DNA from: a virus
Taxonomy: Duplodnaviria; Caudoviricetes
Reading direction: 5' to 3' (one strand)
Virus record (IMG/VR): IMGVR_UViG_3300031813_000013
Span: 12,842 to 76,841 of that record
DNA: 64,000 nucleotides
In this document: positions 1-9,199 of the stretch, piece by piece
Numbering within the stretch: the first letter of the stretch is position 1
Layout: each line of letters opens with the position of its first letter
Position numbers and translations under genes: made by a program
The notes under the pieces: model-generated
Database searches by the model: none
Seen by the model: only the letters and a program-made list of their open reading frames with translations
Told to the model about the DNA's origin: nothing

Positions 1-234
1 GTAAGCAGTTTTAGTTCCCAAATTAACTACGTTAGATGTGCTTGTCCAAGGAGTAGTTGTGCCATTACCTGCATAGAATGTAAAGTTTCTTGCGTTGGCA
101 CTAGAATCTGGCCAAGTGTTACCTGACGTATAATTTGCCATGTCTAGATTGTAATATAAACTATCTTGAACCATGGTTAAGTTGGCCGTGTTTATATAAA
201 CCACATTATTCATAATCATCATTGAACTGAGCAT
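1..234 (-). CDS. Partial (runs off window start) putative LamG/concanavalin-like virion protein, N-terminus
   Basis: Not in ORF track. ATG at 234 overlaps the TAA of the upstream fibre gene (TAATG). Reads MLSSMMIMNNVVYINTANLTMVQDSLYYNLDMANYTSGNTWPDSSANARNFTFY..., resembling the 'L-x-LDA-x-N-x-GTTW-x-D-x-S-x-N' start of phage LamG proteins. Confidence 0.6.
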   Translation of the reverse strand, partial: MLSSMMIMNNVVYINTANLTMVQDSLYYNLDMANYTSGNTWPDSSANARNFTFYAGNGTTTPWTSTSNVVNLGTKTAY

Positions 235-2126
235 TATACTACTCCAGAACCATTAATGTACCATGTATTGGCAGCAGTCATAATTAGTGTTGCCATACCG
301 TATGTTGTAACATTGCGTGAAGCACTTGTTGTGTTGCCAGCAAGATACATGTTCACACCAACATTTGGTGTTACTGTCACATTTGAACTTGTATGAGAAA
401 TAATTGTGATTGATGTACCAATTGCATATGTTGTATTTGATGTCCAAGGAATATACAAGTTTACAGGTGAACCATTGGTATAATAAAGGTGTTTACCTGC
501 ATCTGTATTGGCCAAAACATAATTTGATGCTTGTGCATTTTGTGGAATTATTGTTGCTGCTGCATTAGCCGCTGCAAAAGCAGAATTAGCTTGTGTAAAT
601 GCAGCATTCGCTTTTACAAATGCAGCGTTAGATGTAGCACTTGGTGTGTTTGCGGTATTTGCATTGCTCAATATCTGACTTATATAAGTGTTTGAGAATG
701 CTGTTGTTTGAACAGTGTTATCTGGCCAAATTTGTTCTGCGTATGATGTAAAGTTCCAAGTTTTTGCACCACCAGCTGCACTGGTTTGTATCAATGTATT
801 GCTTGTGCTTTGTAAATCTAATAAGCCTGTAATCAGTGTGTTGCCATTAAATGTGCTATTATCTGCAAAAATAATTTTATTAGGTATAGTTAGTGAGCCG
901 TCACTTCCAAAATTAAAAGTATGTTGTGTTGTACCATCATTTGTATCAATAGCTGCAAATACGGTATTTCCATTGGCCTGAATATAGATATCTCCTAAAT
1001 TGCCATTATATTCATTTGAGATATTCATTAAATTGTAGCCTATACCCGCAGCACTATTTGCTTCTGATACAAGGCCTTGGCCACCCCAATGTGATGTGGA
1101 AAGACTTGCGCCACCAAAATCAATAGTATTCGCTTTGATATTTCCATTATTGTCAATAGATACTTGACCAATGTTTACTCCGGAAGAACTGATGTTCATG
1201 GCATCGGTTGCTCCACCATTTACAACAAAGTGTAATACGTTTTGTGAGGCGGTTCCTATAACCAAATCTGTGTTATTTGCATACAAATATACATTGTTTG
1301 CTGTATTTAATGAACCTGATCCAACAAAATTTGGACCATTGATACCAAAATCGCCATACAGAAAACCGTCTGTGCTATAATAATTTGACACAACATAGTC
1401 GGCCGATGCTTGTGTGCCTGTGTTTGAATTTTGCAATATCACTTGTTGGTATGTGTTTGCATTTGCGGAGAAAGTTCCAAACAATCCAGATGCATAAAAA
1501 CTCAATGTGCCTACGTTGAGCGAATTCAAATACAGCTGATTTAGTTGCAAATTGCCTGGAAACGTAGCACTACCATCTGTATTGAAATACCATGAATTGG
1601 AAGTTGTATAACTTGTACCCGGATTGTTTGCGGTTAAAACAATCTCAGCACCCTCAAGCTGCAAACCATTTGGTGTATCACCTCTAATGTGTGCGTAATA
1701 CGTGTTACTTTGTGGTATGTGTAAAACACCTTGTGTATCTAATAATGTGGTATAAGTTTGTGTTGTTGAACCAGTATTTCCAGTGTTTGATAGTGCAGAA
1801 AAACCATTTCCTGAAGCCGTATTGGCTTTGGCGAACGCCGCATTTGCTTGCTGGAAAGAATATGCTCCATAAACAGTAGCAGTAACTGCTTGTCCGTATG
1901 CGGTTAGAGCAAGAGAAAGTGCAGCATTTGATTGAAAGAAGACTGCATTTGAACCTGGGTTTTGTTCTGCAAAACCTTCAGTAGCAAGACGAACACCACC
2001 GGCACGAACACCATCATGAACTGTTATAGTATAATTTGTGTCGTCAATAATGATTTCACCATTTGCGCCTGTTGTATTGGCAACTGAGGCCTGAGATTGT
2101 CTTTTAAACTGTAGTGTTCTTGCCAT
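234..2126 (-). CDS. Tail fibre / adhesin-like virion protein with Mtd_N-like N-terminal anchor (630 aa)
   Basis: N-terminus TLQFKR...GANGEIIIDDTNYTITVHDGVRAGGVRLA matches the major-tropism-determinant N-terminal motif; ANAAF heptads; C-terminal beta domain ending TWYINGSGVV. Confidence 0.7.
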   Translation of the reverse strand: MARTLQFKRQSQASVANTTGANGEIIIDDTNYTITVHDGVRAGGVRLATEGFAEQNPGSNAVFFQSNAALSLALTAYGQAVTATVYGAYSFQQANAAFAKANTASGNGFSALSNTGNTGSTTQTYTTLLDTQGVLHIPQSNTYYAHIRGDTPNGLQLEGAEIVLTANNPGTSYTTSNSWYFNTDGSATFPGNLQLNQLYLNSLNVGTLSFYASGLFGTFSANANTYQQVILQNSNTGTQASADYVVSNYYSTDGFLYGDFGINGPNFVGSGSLNTANNVYLYANNTDLVIGTASQNVLHFVVNGGATDAMNISSSGVNIGQVSIDNNGNIKANTIDFGGASLSTSHWGGQGLVSEANSAAGIGYNLMNISNEYNGNLGDIYIQANGNTVFAAIDTNDGTTQHTFNFGSDGSLTIPNKIIFADNSTFNGNTLITGLLDLQSTSNTLIQTSAAGGAKTWNFTSYAEQIWPDNTVQTTAFSNTYISQILSNANTANTPSATSNAAFVKANAAFTQANSAFAAANAAATIIPQNAQASNYVLANTDAGKHLYYTNGSPVNLYIPWTSNTTYAIGTSITIISHTSSNVTVTPNVGVNMYLAGNTTSASRNVTTYGMATLIMTAANTWYINGSGVV

Positions 2127-2127
2127 T

Positions 2128-3222
2128 TTAGGTTCCCTGACTTAGGTCTGTAATGTTTTCTTGTTCTTTGTTCAAATCGTCCACACCAATTTCTGTGGTC
2201 ATGTCTCCAGCAAAATTTGTATTTGTGGTGAATGCGTGAATGTCGATTGTTTCTTTTATGTCTGTGGAGTATGTATAAGAAACATTTCCATTTGCATCCG
2301 TTGGTTCTGGAACAACGATTATTCTAGCCATTTGTTGTGGTACCAAGTTATATCCATAGAATGACCAATTGGCATTTGAGTTTTGTCCAATCAGTGCTGT
2401 GTTAGAAAGGAAGTTTCCGTTCATGTTTGAAACTGTTAATACCTTATCAAAGTCCCAAGCAACAACAGTAGCTGATGCTGTTGATAATGTTGGACTTACA
2501 CCTTGATAGACAGATTCTCCAACAATATAATCACCAGAACCACCAGTATTCATGTTGAATTTGATGTTTTGTTCTGTAGAAATTTCATTGTATATGTTTG
2601 TGATAGATGTTTTAATCAAGTTAGCACTTGTATTTGCACCAAACACAAAACCTTTGGCTGTGAAGTTCAACGTCCAAATAACCATTCTGGTATCAGAATC
2701 TCTGTCACCTTCATATGTAACATCATATTTAACATCGTTCAAAATCACTGGAACTTCTTTGACGATACCCATCTCTGGAATCATGTTCACTTTGATTGTA
2801 TAATCTGGTGCAAAGAATGGTAAAATATGTTCAATGATTTGGTTGCCATCTTCAATGTTTCTTACATAAAGATACAAAGAAAAGTCAAAATCATATGGTA
2901 CTGGCATGTATTGTGACAGTATTGCACCATTATTTTTTGCAAAGTTTTGTATGTTTGTGTTCTGTTTTCTTGTCGAATCGTATGTTAGTCCATTCATTTC
3001 ATATGACATGCGAGGCAAAGTCATTTGAACTTTTTTATCTAAATTTGGGTCACCTTGAATACGCATTACATACAATTCTTTTGTTGCATAGTCAATAGGA
3101 ACAACAAAACGTTCTTGTTCTGTTTGGTCTGGATTGTATCTGACTAATGTAATATTACTAAACAGTTCGCCAAAAGCAACAGTAATCTTACGAATCATTC
3201 GGTTATAAACTACATTAGCCAT
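2128..3222 (-). CDS. gp15: Tail sheath stabilizer / tail completion protein
   Basis: YNRMIRKITVAFGELFSNI, VPIDYATKE, TLPRMSYEMNGLTYDSTRK, PVPYDFDFSLY, QIIEHILPFFAP; follows gp13-gp14. Confidence 0.92.
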   Translation of the reverse strand: MANVVYNRMIRKITVAFGELFSNITLVRYNPDQTEQERFVVPIDYATKELYVMRIQGDPNLDKKVQMTLPRMSYEMNGLTYDSTRKQNTNIQNFAKNNGAILSQYMPVPYDFDFSLYLYVRNIEDGNQIIEHILPFFAPDYTIKVNMIPEMGIVKEVPVILNDVKYDVTYEGDRDSDTRMVIWTLNFTAKGFVFGANTSANLIKTSITNIYNEISTEQNIKFNMNTGGSGDYIVGESVYQGVSPTLSTASATVVAWDFDKVLTVSNMNGNFLSNTALIGQNSNANWSFYGYNLVPQQMARIIVVPEPTDANGNVSYTYSTDIKETIDIHAFTTNTNFAGDMTTEIGVDDLNKEQENITDLSQGT

Positions 3223-4109
3223 TATAGACCACCAATCGGATTGATTTCGGAATTATTGACATATGGCTGTGCTGTTGTCACAGTAACTTCATTATCATAA
3301 GATTCTTTATTTGCCGGTGAAGCCAATGGGTCAAATGTGGCCAATGTGTATGCTGCACCACTGGTGTAACCAAGTATGTAACCGCCATCAACAAATTCAC
3401 CAGTAATATTAGATACAGATAATGTATTTGAAGAAGGTGTCCAGCCTTGAACTGTAGCAAATACTGTAGCATTTGCATAAGTGTTATCAGAAGAATAGTA
3501 TACTTGTTCTGCTAATTGATAAGAACCTGAACCTGCACCAACATTTAGATGTAGTGTGTAAGCTGAATCTGTGACAACAGAATCAATATCTGCCACACCA
3601 GTAGCAATAACTTCTTGTGAGTATTTGAATTTCTCAAGTTCCAATTCGTAATAGTATGGAACTTTACGACCTAACATAAAGAAGTCTTTAGTCTGGTTTG
3701 TGAACTTGATTTCATACAATTCACCACTACCATTTAGAAAAGGAATATAAATTAAGTCACCTTCATTTGGTCTGCTTAATGAAGCATTTGGTGGTACTCT
3801 TTGTGAGAATGCTCTTTTAGAAACAATAACTGTGACTTGATTACGAATTTCTAGACCAAATTTGGTAAACATTTCTCTCTCACCCATGTATTCATTGGCG
3901 GAAGAAAGATACATTTCCAATGGAAAAGCAGTATTGAATTTCTTAACCGGGTCTTCACCATAGATTAAGTCTCTGGCCTGACTGTTGTTATTCGGTAAAT
4001 AGTATGCGTTGAACCCCATAATCTGAATTGATTCAGTTATGAGGTCTTCTACTAAACGCTGTTCATCATACTTAGCGTTATAATTATTGAAATAAGGACT
4101 TGTTGCCAT
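3222..4109 (-). CDS. gp14: Neck protein
   Basis: EQRLVEDLITESIQIMG, YGEDPVKKFNTAFPLEMY, KFGLEIR, RPNEGDLIYIP, ELEKFKYSQE; T4 13-14-15 order. Confidence 0.92.
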   Translation of the reverse strand: MATSPYFNNYNAKYDEQRLVEDLITESIQIMGFNAYYLPNNNSQARDLIYGEDPVKKFNTAFPLEMYLSSANEYMGEREMFTKFGLEIRNQVTVIVSKRAFSQRVPPNASLSRPNEGDLIYIPFLNGSGELYEIKFTNQTKDFFMLGRKVPYYYELELEKFKYSQEVIATGVADIDSVVTDSAYTLHLNVGAGSGSYQLAEQVYYSSDNTYANATVFATVQGWTPSSNTLSVSNITGEFVDGGYILGYTSGAAYTLATFDPLASPANKESYDNEVTVTTAQPYVNNSEINPIGGL

Positions 4110-4110
4110 C

Positions 4111-4887
4111 TTAGTTCATGAACCATTCTAGCGGACCGCCATAGTTTTCAATCATATCGGTTTCTAATCTTTGAATTTCACCCATGGCTTCTTCATAAGT
4201 TTCTTTACCATTCAATACTACACCACCTGGTAACTGAATACCACCAAATTTCTTCATGTTTTCACCCCAAGTTCTCTTGATGAGTGCTGTAGCATATTCT
4301 TTCAACCAACGGTCATTCCATACGTTTGGATATGTGTTTGGATCAATTGCTCCGTAGCATTCGGCAACAACAACCTGACCGGTATTAATTTCAAATCCGT
4401 TACCCCAAGCCCAATCTATGTATAGACGGTTCATATTACGCACCCAACGAATTGGAACTTCACCAGTGAACTGAAGTTCTAAAGAACGTAAGTGTTGTTG
4501 AGTTAGTGTGTAATTGATGTAGGATGCTGAGGTAAAGTCATATAATTCGTTTAGACGCAATTGGTATCTCAAATCAAACATGTTGATGGTTGCCTGAGAA
4601 TCGGTCAAAGGGAAAATACGAGTAATACCAAGAATGCTTACGGTATTGCCGTTTTGGTCGGTGGCCTGTGAAGCATCTAGGTATTGATTAGCAATGTCTT
4701 GGTCTGTAACATAATGAATCCAATAGAACTTTTGTGCACCATCAAAATGGTAATCTTGCCAATATTGAATAGCATCATCCACACGGTCTTCCACTTGTGT
4801 GTCGTCTACGTTGATGTTAATTACTGGCGCACCAAGTCTACGGAGACAATAATTTTTAAAATCTTGTCTTGTTTGTATTGTTGCCAT
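4111..4887 (-). CDS. gp13: Neck protein / head-tail adaptor
   Basis: YCLRRLGAPVININVDDTQVEDRVDDAIQYWQDYHFDG, WLKEYATALIKRTWGENMKKFGGIQLPGGVVLNG. Confidence 0.93.
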   Translation of the reverse strand: MATIQTRQDFKNYCLRRLGAPVININVDDTQVEDRVDDAIQYWQDYHFDGAQKFYWIHYVTDQDIANQYLDASQATDQNGNTVSILGITRIFPLTDSQATINMFDLRYQLRLNELYDFTSASYINYTLTQQHLRSLELQFTGEVPIRWVRNMNRLYIDWAWGNGFEINTGQVVVAECYGAIDPNTYPNVWNDRWLKEYATALIKRTWGENMKKFGGIQLPGGVVLNGKETYEEAMGEIQRLETDMIENYGGPLEWFMN

Positions 4888-4908
4888 TGAGAATCTCCTA
4901 TTATTCTC

Positions 4909-4916
4909 TATTTATA
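4909..4916 (-). promoter_or_regulatory. T4-type (gp55) late promoter TATAAATA upstream of gp13
   Basis: Exact TATAAATA on minus strand, 21 nt before ATG, with a GGAG SD between. Confidence 0.8.
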
Positions 4917-4934
4917 TTGGCAAGAAACGGCCCT

Positions 4935-5717
4935 CTATGGAAGCACCGTATACTCATTCCACCACTTTTGCCAGTCTACGTATGGGTCAATGTGTTGTTC
5001 AAACTGTACATGTAGAGCCAAACTAGGTATAGGACTGAATCTTACAGCATGGTTTTTCCATATCTCGCAGATTGTATTTCCTTCATGTACATGTGGTGGT
5101 GGTCTGGAATAGTCTGAATTATATTCTGTTGCAAGTTTATAAAATAATGGCCAATGTTCTTCCACCAGTTGAGGTCTTAGTAAAAAGGTATTGGTTGTCC
5201 AGAAGCCTGTTCTCCAAGGACCATTGCTACCACGAACAATGTAACTGGGATACATTGCATCCGGCCTGTAATCGCCTTCAAAATCATATGGATAGATTAC
5301 AGTTTCACGACCAGTTTTGTTCTTAAAGTCAATGTAGTTATCTATCATGTGTGTCAGGGCCATCGGACAATGTAAATAATCATCCTCAACAGAATAAACC
5401 AAGTCTGCACCCGAGTTCTTGCAATATTCAAACTGTTTTAGTGCCGAATAGTTATAACCTGGTTTGGACATACGAAACAATTCATACGACCAAACCGATT
5501 TATCCATGATTTTGTATATGGAATCGATGAGTTCGTTTGAACTGTGGTCATCTAATATTTTATAATTGATTGTATGACCTCTAACCAAGTTAGCAGAATT
5601 TACTAAAGAAATTAGACACTTTTCAACCAAAGTCTTTTTGTCACTACCACAATACCGTTCTTTATCGGTGTGTACATTAGACTGGTCGTGTGTTCTTAAA
5701 ATGATTTCTATATTCAT
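4935..5717 (-). CDS. GT-A fold (family 2-like) glycosyltransferase
   Basis: KILDDHSS, ALKQFEYC, YSVEDDYLH (DxD-like), late TTNTF and PIPSLALH motifs; paralog of the N-domain of the next gene. Confidence 0.7.
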   Translation of the reverse strand: MNIEIILRTHDQSNVHTDKERYCGSDKKTLVEKCLISLVNSANLVRGHTINYKILDDHSSNELIDSIYKIMDKSVWSYELFRMSKPGYNYSALKQFEYCKNSGADLVYSVEDDYLHCPMALTHMIDNYIDFKNKTGRETVIYPYDFEGDYRPDAMYPSYIVRGSNGPWRTGFWTTNTFLLRPQLVEEHWPLFYKLATEYNSDYSRPPPHVHEGNTICEIWKNHAVRFSPIPSLALHVQFEQHIDPYVDWQKWWNEYTVLP

Positions 5718-7117
5718 ACTTTAAATAAATCCTGTTCAAAAACTGCACTCGGTGGTTCTTCTTTGAATAAGAATGCAACTACTTCTAAATTTGACTCTTT
5801 GACGATTGCTTTTATTCCTAATGATTCTAATATTGTTTCCATAGAATTTTTTGTGAATCCTGTTTTGTGGGCCATACCTTCACCCCAAGTTTCAACAAAA
5901 AGTCTGTGTCCATACAACATATCTAATGCACTAACAGGTCCAGCTGGAGAGTTGTACACCGTTCCCAATATATCTTCTTGTATAAAACCAGCAATTGATG
6001 CTAAGTTTGGTACTCTAATGATTGCAAAACCATCATCTTTCAATACTCTCATAATATTTGAGAATATTTTAGGTAAGTCGTGCCAATAATTGTGTTCAAC
6101 AACGTGAGAAGCCCAAAGTGCATCTGCACAAGAATCTGGTATTCCTTCAAACTCAACAATAGAACTTATTACATCCGCTGTTGAGTTTTCAAAAGCGTCC
6201 ACTCTTATTTCTTTCCAGTCTGAAAAATAATTTGTTTGTAAGTTTAACTCTGTTTTACCACATCCAACATTCAAGACTATTTTTTTATCTGTGTTGAATA
6301 GATTTGGATCACTTACTTTTGGATCAGCAAAAGATTCCCAAAATGGTTCCCAATCGAAATATGGATCTTTTTCTCTTTCTGTTTGGAAGTGTATGGCCAA
6401 AGATGGTATTGGAGACATAACAATGTATTCTCTTTTTTGCCATAACTGATTTATTGATTCGTCTTCCAGTGCAGGATCCAGAGCATCACCATTACAAATT
6501 TTATCAAACAAATCCCACTCATTGACCATAACAGAGTGGTGAGTCATGAATGTGCATGGTACTTGATATGTTTGTCTCCAGTGTCTATCTGGTCCTTGTA
6601 CGATTCTTACTGGTACGATATTATCATCTGCATAACGATAAGGATCATTCCAATGTAATAAAGAAAGTGGCTTTTCAAATCTAGGTGAAAACTTTGACCA
6701 CATAATTACGAGTTGTTCAAAACATTCTTCATGAAAAAGATAGTCATCCTGAATTTGCATGACTAAATCTTTACCATTATCTCGCATGTCCTCATAACAT
6801 TCTCTTAATGATGTGAGTAGACCTCGACCTTCAATTTGAAATAACTCAGTTTCAAACATGGCCAGTTTCAAATTATTTTTAATATTTTGGACACCAATTT
6901 CGGAAGAATGGTCATCAAAGATATGTAATTTGAATTTGACATCCGGTAAACGTAACTTTGCATAGTTTATGGCTTGTACCAAAGAACGTATACTTCGTTT
7001 ACTTATTTCTGTTCTATCATTAGATCCATATCTTTTAAATACAAATCCTGGCCAAGGTTTATGTTTGTCTTGGCTATTCCCACCATCATGAGATTGTACT
7101 GCTATTAGAAATTCCAT
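5714..7117 (-). CDS. GT-A glycosyltransferase fused to class I SAM-dependent methyltransferase
   Basis: N-domain HIFDDHSS, MQIQDDYLF, SPIPSLAIH; C-domain VLNVGCG, IRVD, DALWASHVVEH, RVLKDDG...IRVPN. Confidence 0.75.
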   Translation of the reverse strand: MEFLIAVQSHDGGNSQDKHKPWPGFVFKRYGSNDRTEISKRSIRSLVQAINYAKLRLPDVKFKLHIFDDHSSEIGVQNIKNNLKLAMFETELFQIEGRGLLTSLRECYEDMRDNGKDLVMQIQDDYLFHEECFEQLVIMWSKFSPRFEKPLSLLHWNDPYRYADDNIVPVRIVQGPDRHWRQTYQVPCTFMTHHSVMVNEWDLFDKICNGDALDPALEDESINQLWQKREYIVMSPIPSLAIHFQTEREKDPYFDWEPFWESFADPKVSDPNLFNTDKKIVLNVGCGKTELNLQTNYFSDWKEIRVDAFENSTADVISSIVEFEGIPDSCADALWASHVVEHNYWHDLPKIFSNIMRVLKDDGFAIIRVPNLASIAGFIQEDILGTVYNSPAGPVSALDMLYGHRLFVETWGEGMAHKTGFTKNSMETILESLGIKAIVKESNLEVVAFLFKEEPPSAVFEQDLFKV

Positions 7118-7133
7118 AATATACCTGCATCAC

Positions 7134-8903
7134 TTAGTTAACTTTTTTTTGAAATGCTGCTTTCGCTTCTTTTTTAAATTCTTCAACTGTATATCTTGCT
7201 GGTTTGTGAACCTGTAATAACATAACTGTTGAGTGTGCCACATTGTTTTGTGTCATCAGAGCAATGTCTAGTTCTTCTTCTGTTATCTTTTTGTTCTGTA
7301 ACATTTCTAGCCAATGGTCAACGTAAAAATATTTCACTTCACAAACTTCAATATCAATTCCTAATTCAAATGCTAGACAAGAATCTGACCTTCCTGCTTG
7401 AATGCCGTCAAATTGTCTTTTCTGGTTGAACAGTTGAAAGGTAGAAGGTGTAATAATATTTCTGTGTGTTGGATCATCAAACGCATGGTCACATCTATGG
7501 TGAGGAACTTGAACTTCCCACACAGCACCATTCTCTGAAACACGATACATCTCTTTTACGATGTCAACCAAAGAGGCTTTTTCATTTCCTAAATGCTCCA
7601 ATATATCTTTTGCAACAACGTGATTGAATTCATCGGTTTCAAATGGCCAAGGTAATTGATTCAAATCGACCTTCATATCTGGCTCAACGATATCAGAATT
7701 ATCAACATTTAGGAAATTATTCATTTTCATGAAACCACATCCTATATTGATACCTTTGGACACTTTGTCGTGATTTTTATGTTCTACGTGTGGTAGTTTG
7801 AATTTCTTTTCAAAGTCCTTATACAATTTTTGAAAGGTAGAATTCCATTTCTTAGCGTCTTCTTGTCTGTATAATGTTACACACTCATAGTATGGTGATT
7901 TTTTAGAATGTGGTGCTCCAAATGTCCATGTATGATATGGTAAAATTGGAGTTAACACCCAAGTTTCTTTACCCAATGCAGCAGCGGCGTGTGCAATACT
8001 TGTACAAGAAGTTATAACCAGGTCCAGATTTTGAATTGCACCTAATGTTTCTTCCCAAGTATCCAATTGGTCTTGCAAGTCAATAATGTTTTCTGGTAAT
8101 TCTATGATGTTTTGGTCACGCTGTAATGAGTATAACTGTACATTCTCGTAACTGCTCAATTCAGTTAAGAATTTTGGTGGAAATCTACGAAACTGTTGGT
8201 GTTCAAATTTTGGATTACCCGCCCAACGAATACCAATTTTTAGTTTGTCTGTTTTTATGATATCTTTCCATTTTTCAACCATCTCAGGCACTGCGGTAAT
8301 GTATGGTTTATTTGGGAAATCTTTAAACGTATGACCTGCAATCCAGCCGGCAGAAAACCCTGGAACCCAATAATCATGTGCAACCGAGTTGGCCGCATTT
8401 CTCAATATAACACCATCACAACCTTCAATTCTACCTAATACAGAAACGAGTTCAGGTGCAGCAGCCAAGTAAACCTTTTTTGCTCCCATTTTTTTGTAGG
8501 AGGTTGCAAATCTTGCGTGTATGATTTCGTCACCATAACCACCTTCAAGTGAAATGATGATTGATTTGCCTTTGATATCGTCTTTTGTTGGATTGTAAAT
8601 TGGTGCAGTTGTTGCTAATGGTTTGTTACCATAAACATCAATAAATCTTCCTGATTCTAGCAATTGGCAACCAAGTTGATAGTCGCCTTCTTGAATCATA
8701 AACCAACCACGATTGAAACTATGTCTGGTCCACATATCTGGATTACCATACTCACCTTTGGTGTCTGGAATTCCATTTGGTCCCAAATTTTGCAACTTGT
8801 CTGAAATTGCTCTAGCTTCTTTAAACTTTCCGGCCAACATCAATTTCAATTCAGTATCAATATCGTGACCTTGACGATTGATGGTGTTCTCATTTTGATT
8901 CAT
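7134..8903 (-). CDS. GT-B (GT9/heptosyltransferase-like) glycosyltransferase fused to methyltransferase-like domain
   Basis: SLEGGYGDEIIHARF, KIGIRWAGNP, DLVITSCTSIAHAAAALGKETW; C-domain INIGCG...LNVD, KDILEHL, EMYRVSENGA, FDDPTH. Start moved from the track's TTG (8915) to ATG 8903, which has a GGAG SD. Confidence 0.75.
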   Translation of the reverse strand: MNQNENTINRQGHDIDTELKLMLAGKFKEARAISDKLQNLGPNGIPDTKGEYGNPDMWTRHSFNRGWFMIQEGDYQLGCQLLESGRFIDVYGNKPLATTAPIYNPTKDDIKGKSIIISLEGGYGDEIIHARFATSYKKMGAKKVYLAAAPELVSVLGRIEGCDGVILRNAANSVAHDYWVPGFSAGWIAGHTFKDFPNKPYITAVPEMVEKWKDIIKTDKLKIGIRWAGNPKFEHQQFRRFPPKFLTELSSYENVQLYSLQRDQNIIELPENIIDLQDQLDTWEETLGAIQNLDLVITSCTSIAHAAAALGKETWVLTPILPYHTWTFGAPHSKKSPYYECVTLYRQEDAKKWNSTFQKLYKDFEKKFKLPHVEHKNHDKVSKGINIGCGFMKMNNFLNVDNSDIVEPDMKVDLNQLPWPFETDEFNHVVAKDILEHLGNEKASLVDIVKEMYRVSENGAVWEVQVPHHRCDHAFDDPTHRNIITPSTFQLFNQKRQFDGIQAGRSDSCLAFELGIDIEVCEVKYFYVDHWLEMLQNKKITEEELDIALMTQNNVAHSTVMLLQVHKPARYTVEEFKKEAKAAFQKKVN

Positions 8904-8950
8904 AATAAACTCCAAAATTTTAATAATATAAGATATATATGTGCTGTAAA

Positions 8951-9190
8951 TTAGCTGTTATAAATGCTCCAAGCCCTCTGTACGATTGTGTTTGCATATT
9001 CATCTTCACTTAAATCTGTTTCAAACTTAACAATATTGTTTGTGATATTAACCCAATCACAACGCTTTTTAAATTCTATTAAATCAATTTGGTTATCAAT
9101 TTCATACTGCTGATGAAAAACGTGACATCCCATAACTAAATCCTGATAACTGTTTACTACCCATCCTGGATTATCACTTGTGTCTGACAT
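8951..9190 (-). CDS. Hypothetical protein (79 aa)
   Basis: Fills the gap between RCC1 and GT genes on the same strand; GGAG SD. Confidence 0.6.
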   Translation of the reverse strand: MSDTSDNPGWVVNSYQDLVMGCHVFHQQYEIDNQIDLIEFKKRCDWVNITNNIVKFETDLSEDEYANTIVQRAWSIYNS

Positions 9191-9199
9191 TTCTTCTCC

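Noticed and set aside
234-2126. Diversity-generating retroelement suggested by Mtd_N-like domains
   Set aside because: No reverse transcriptase and no TR/VR pair differing at adenines seen in the window; Mtd_N is only an anchor domain
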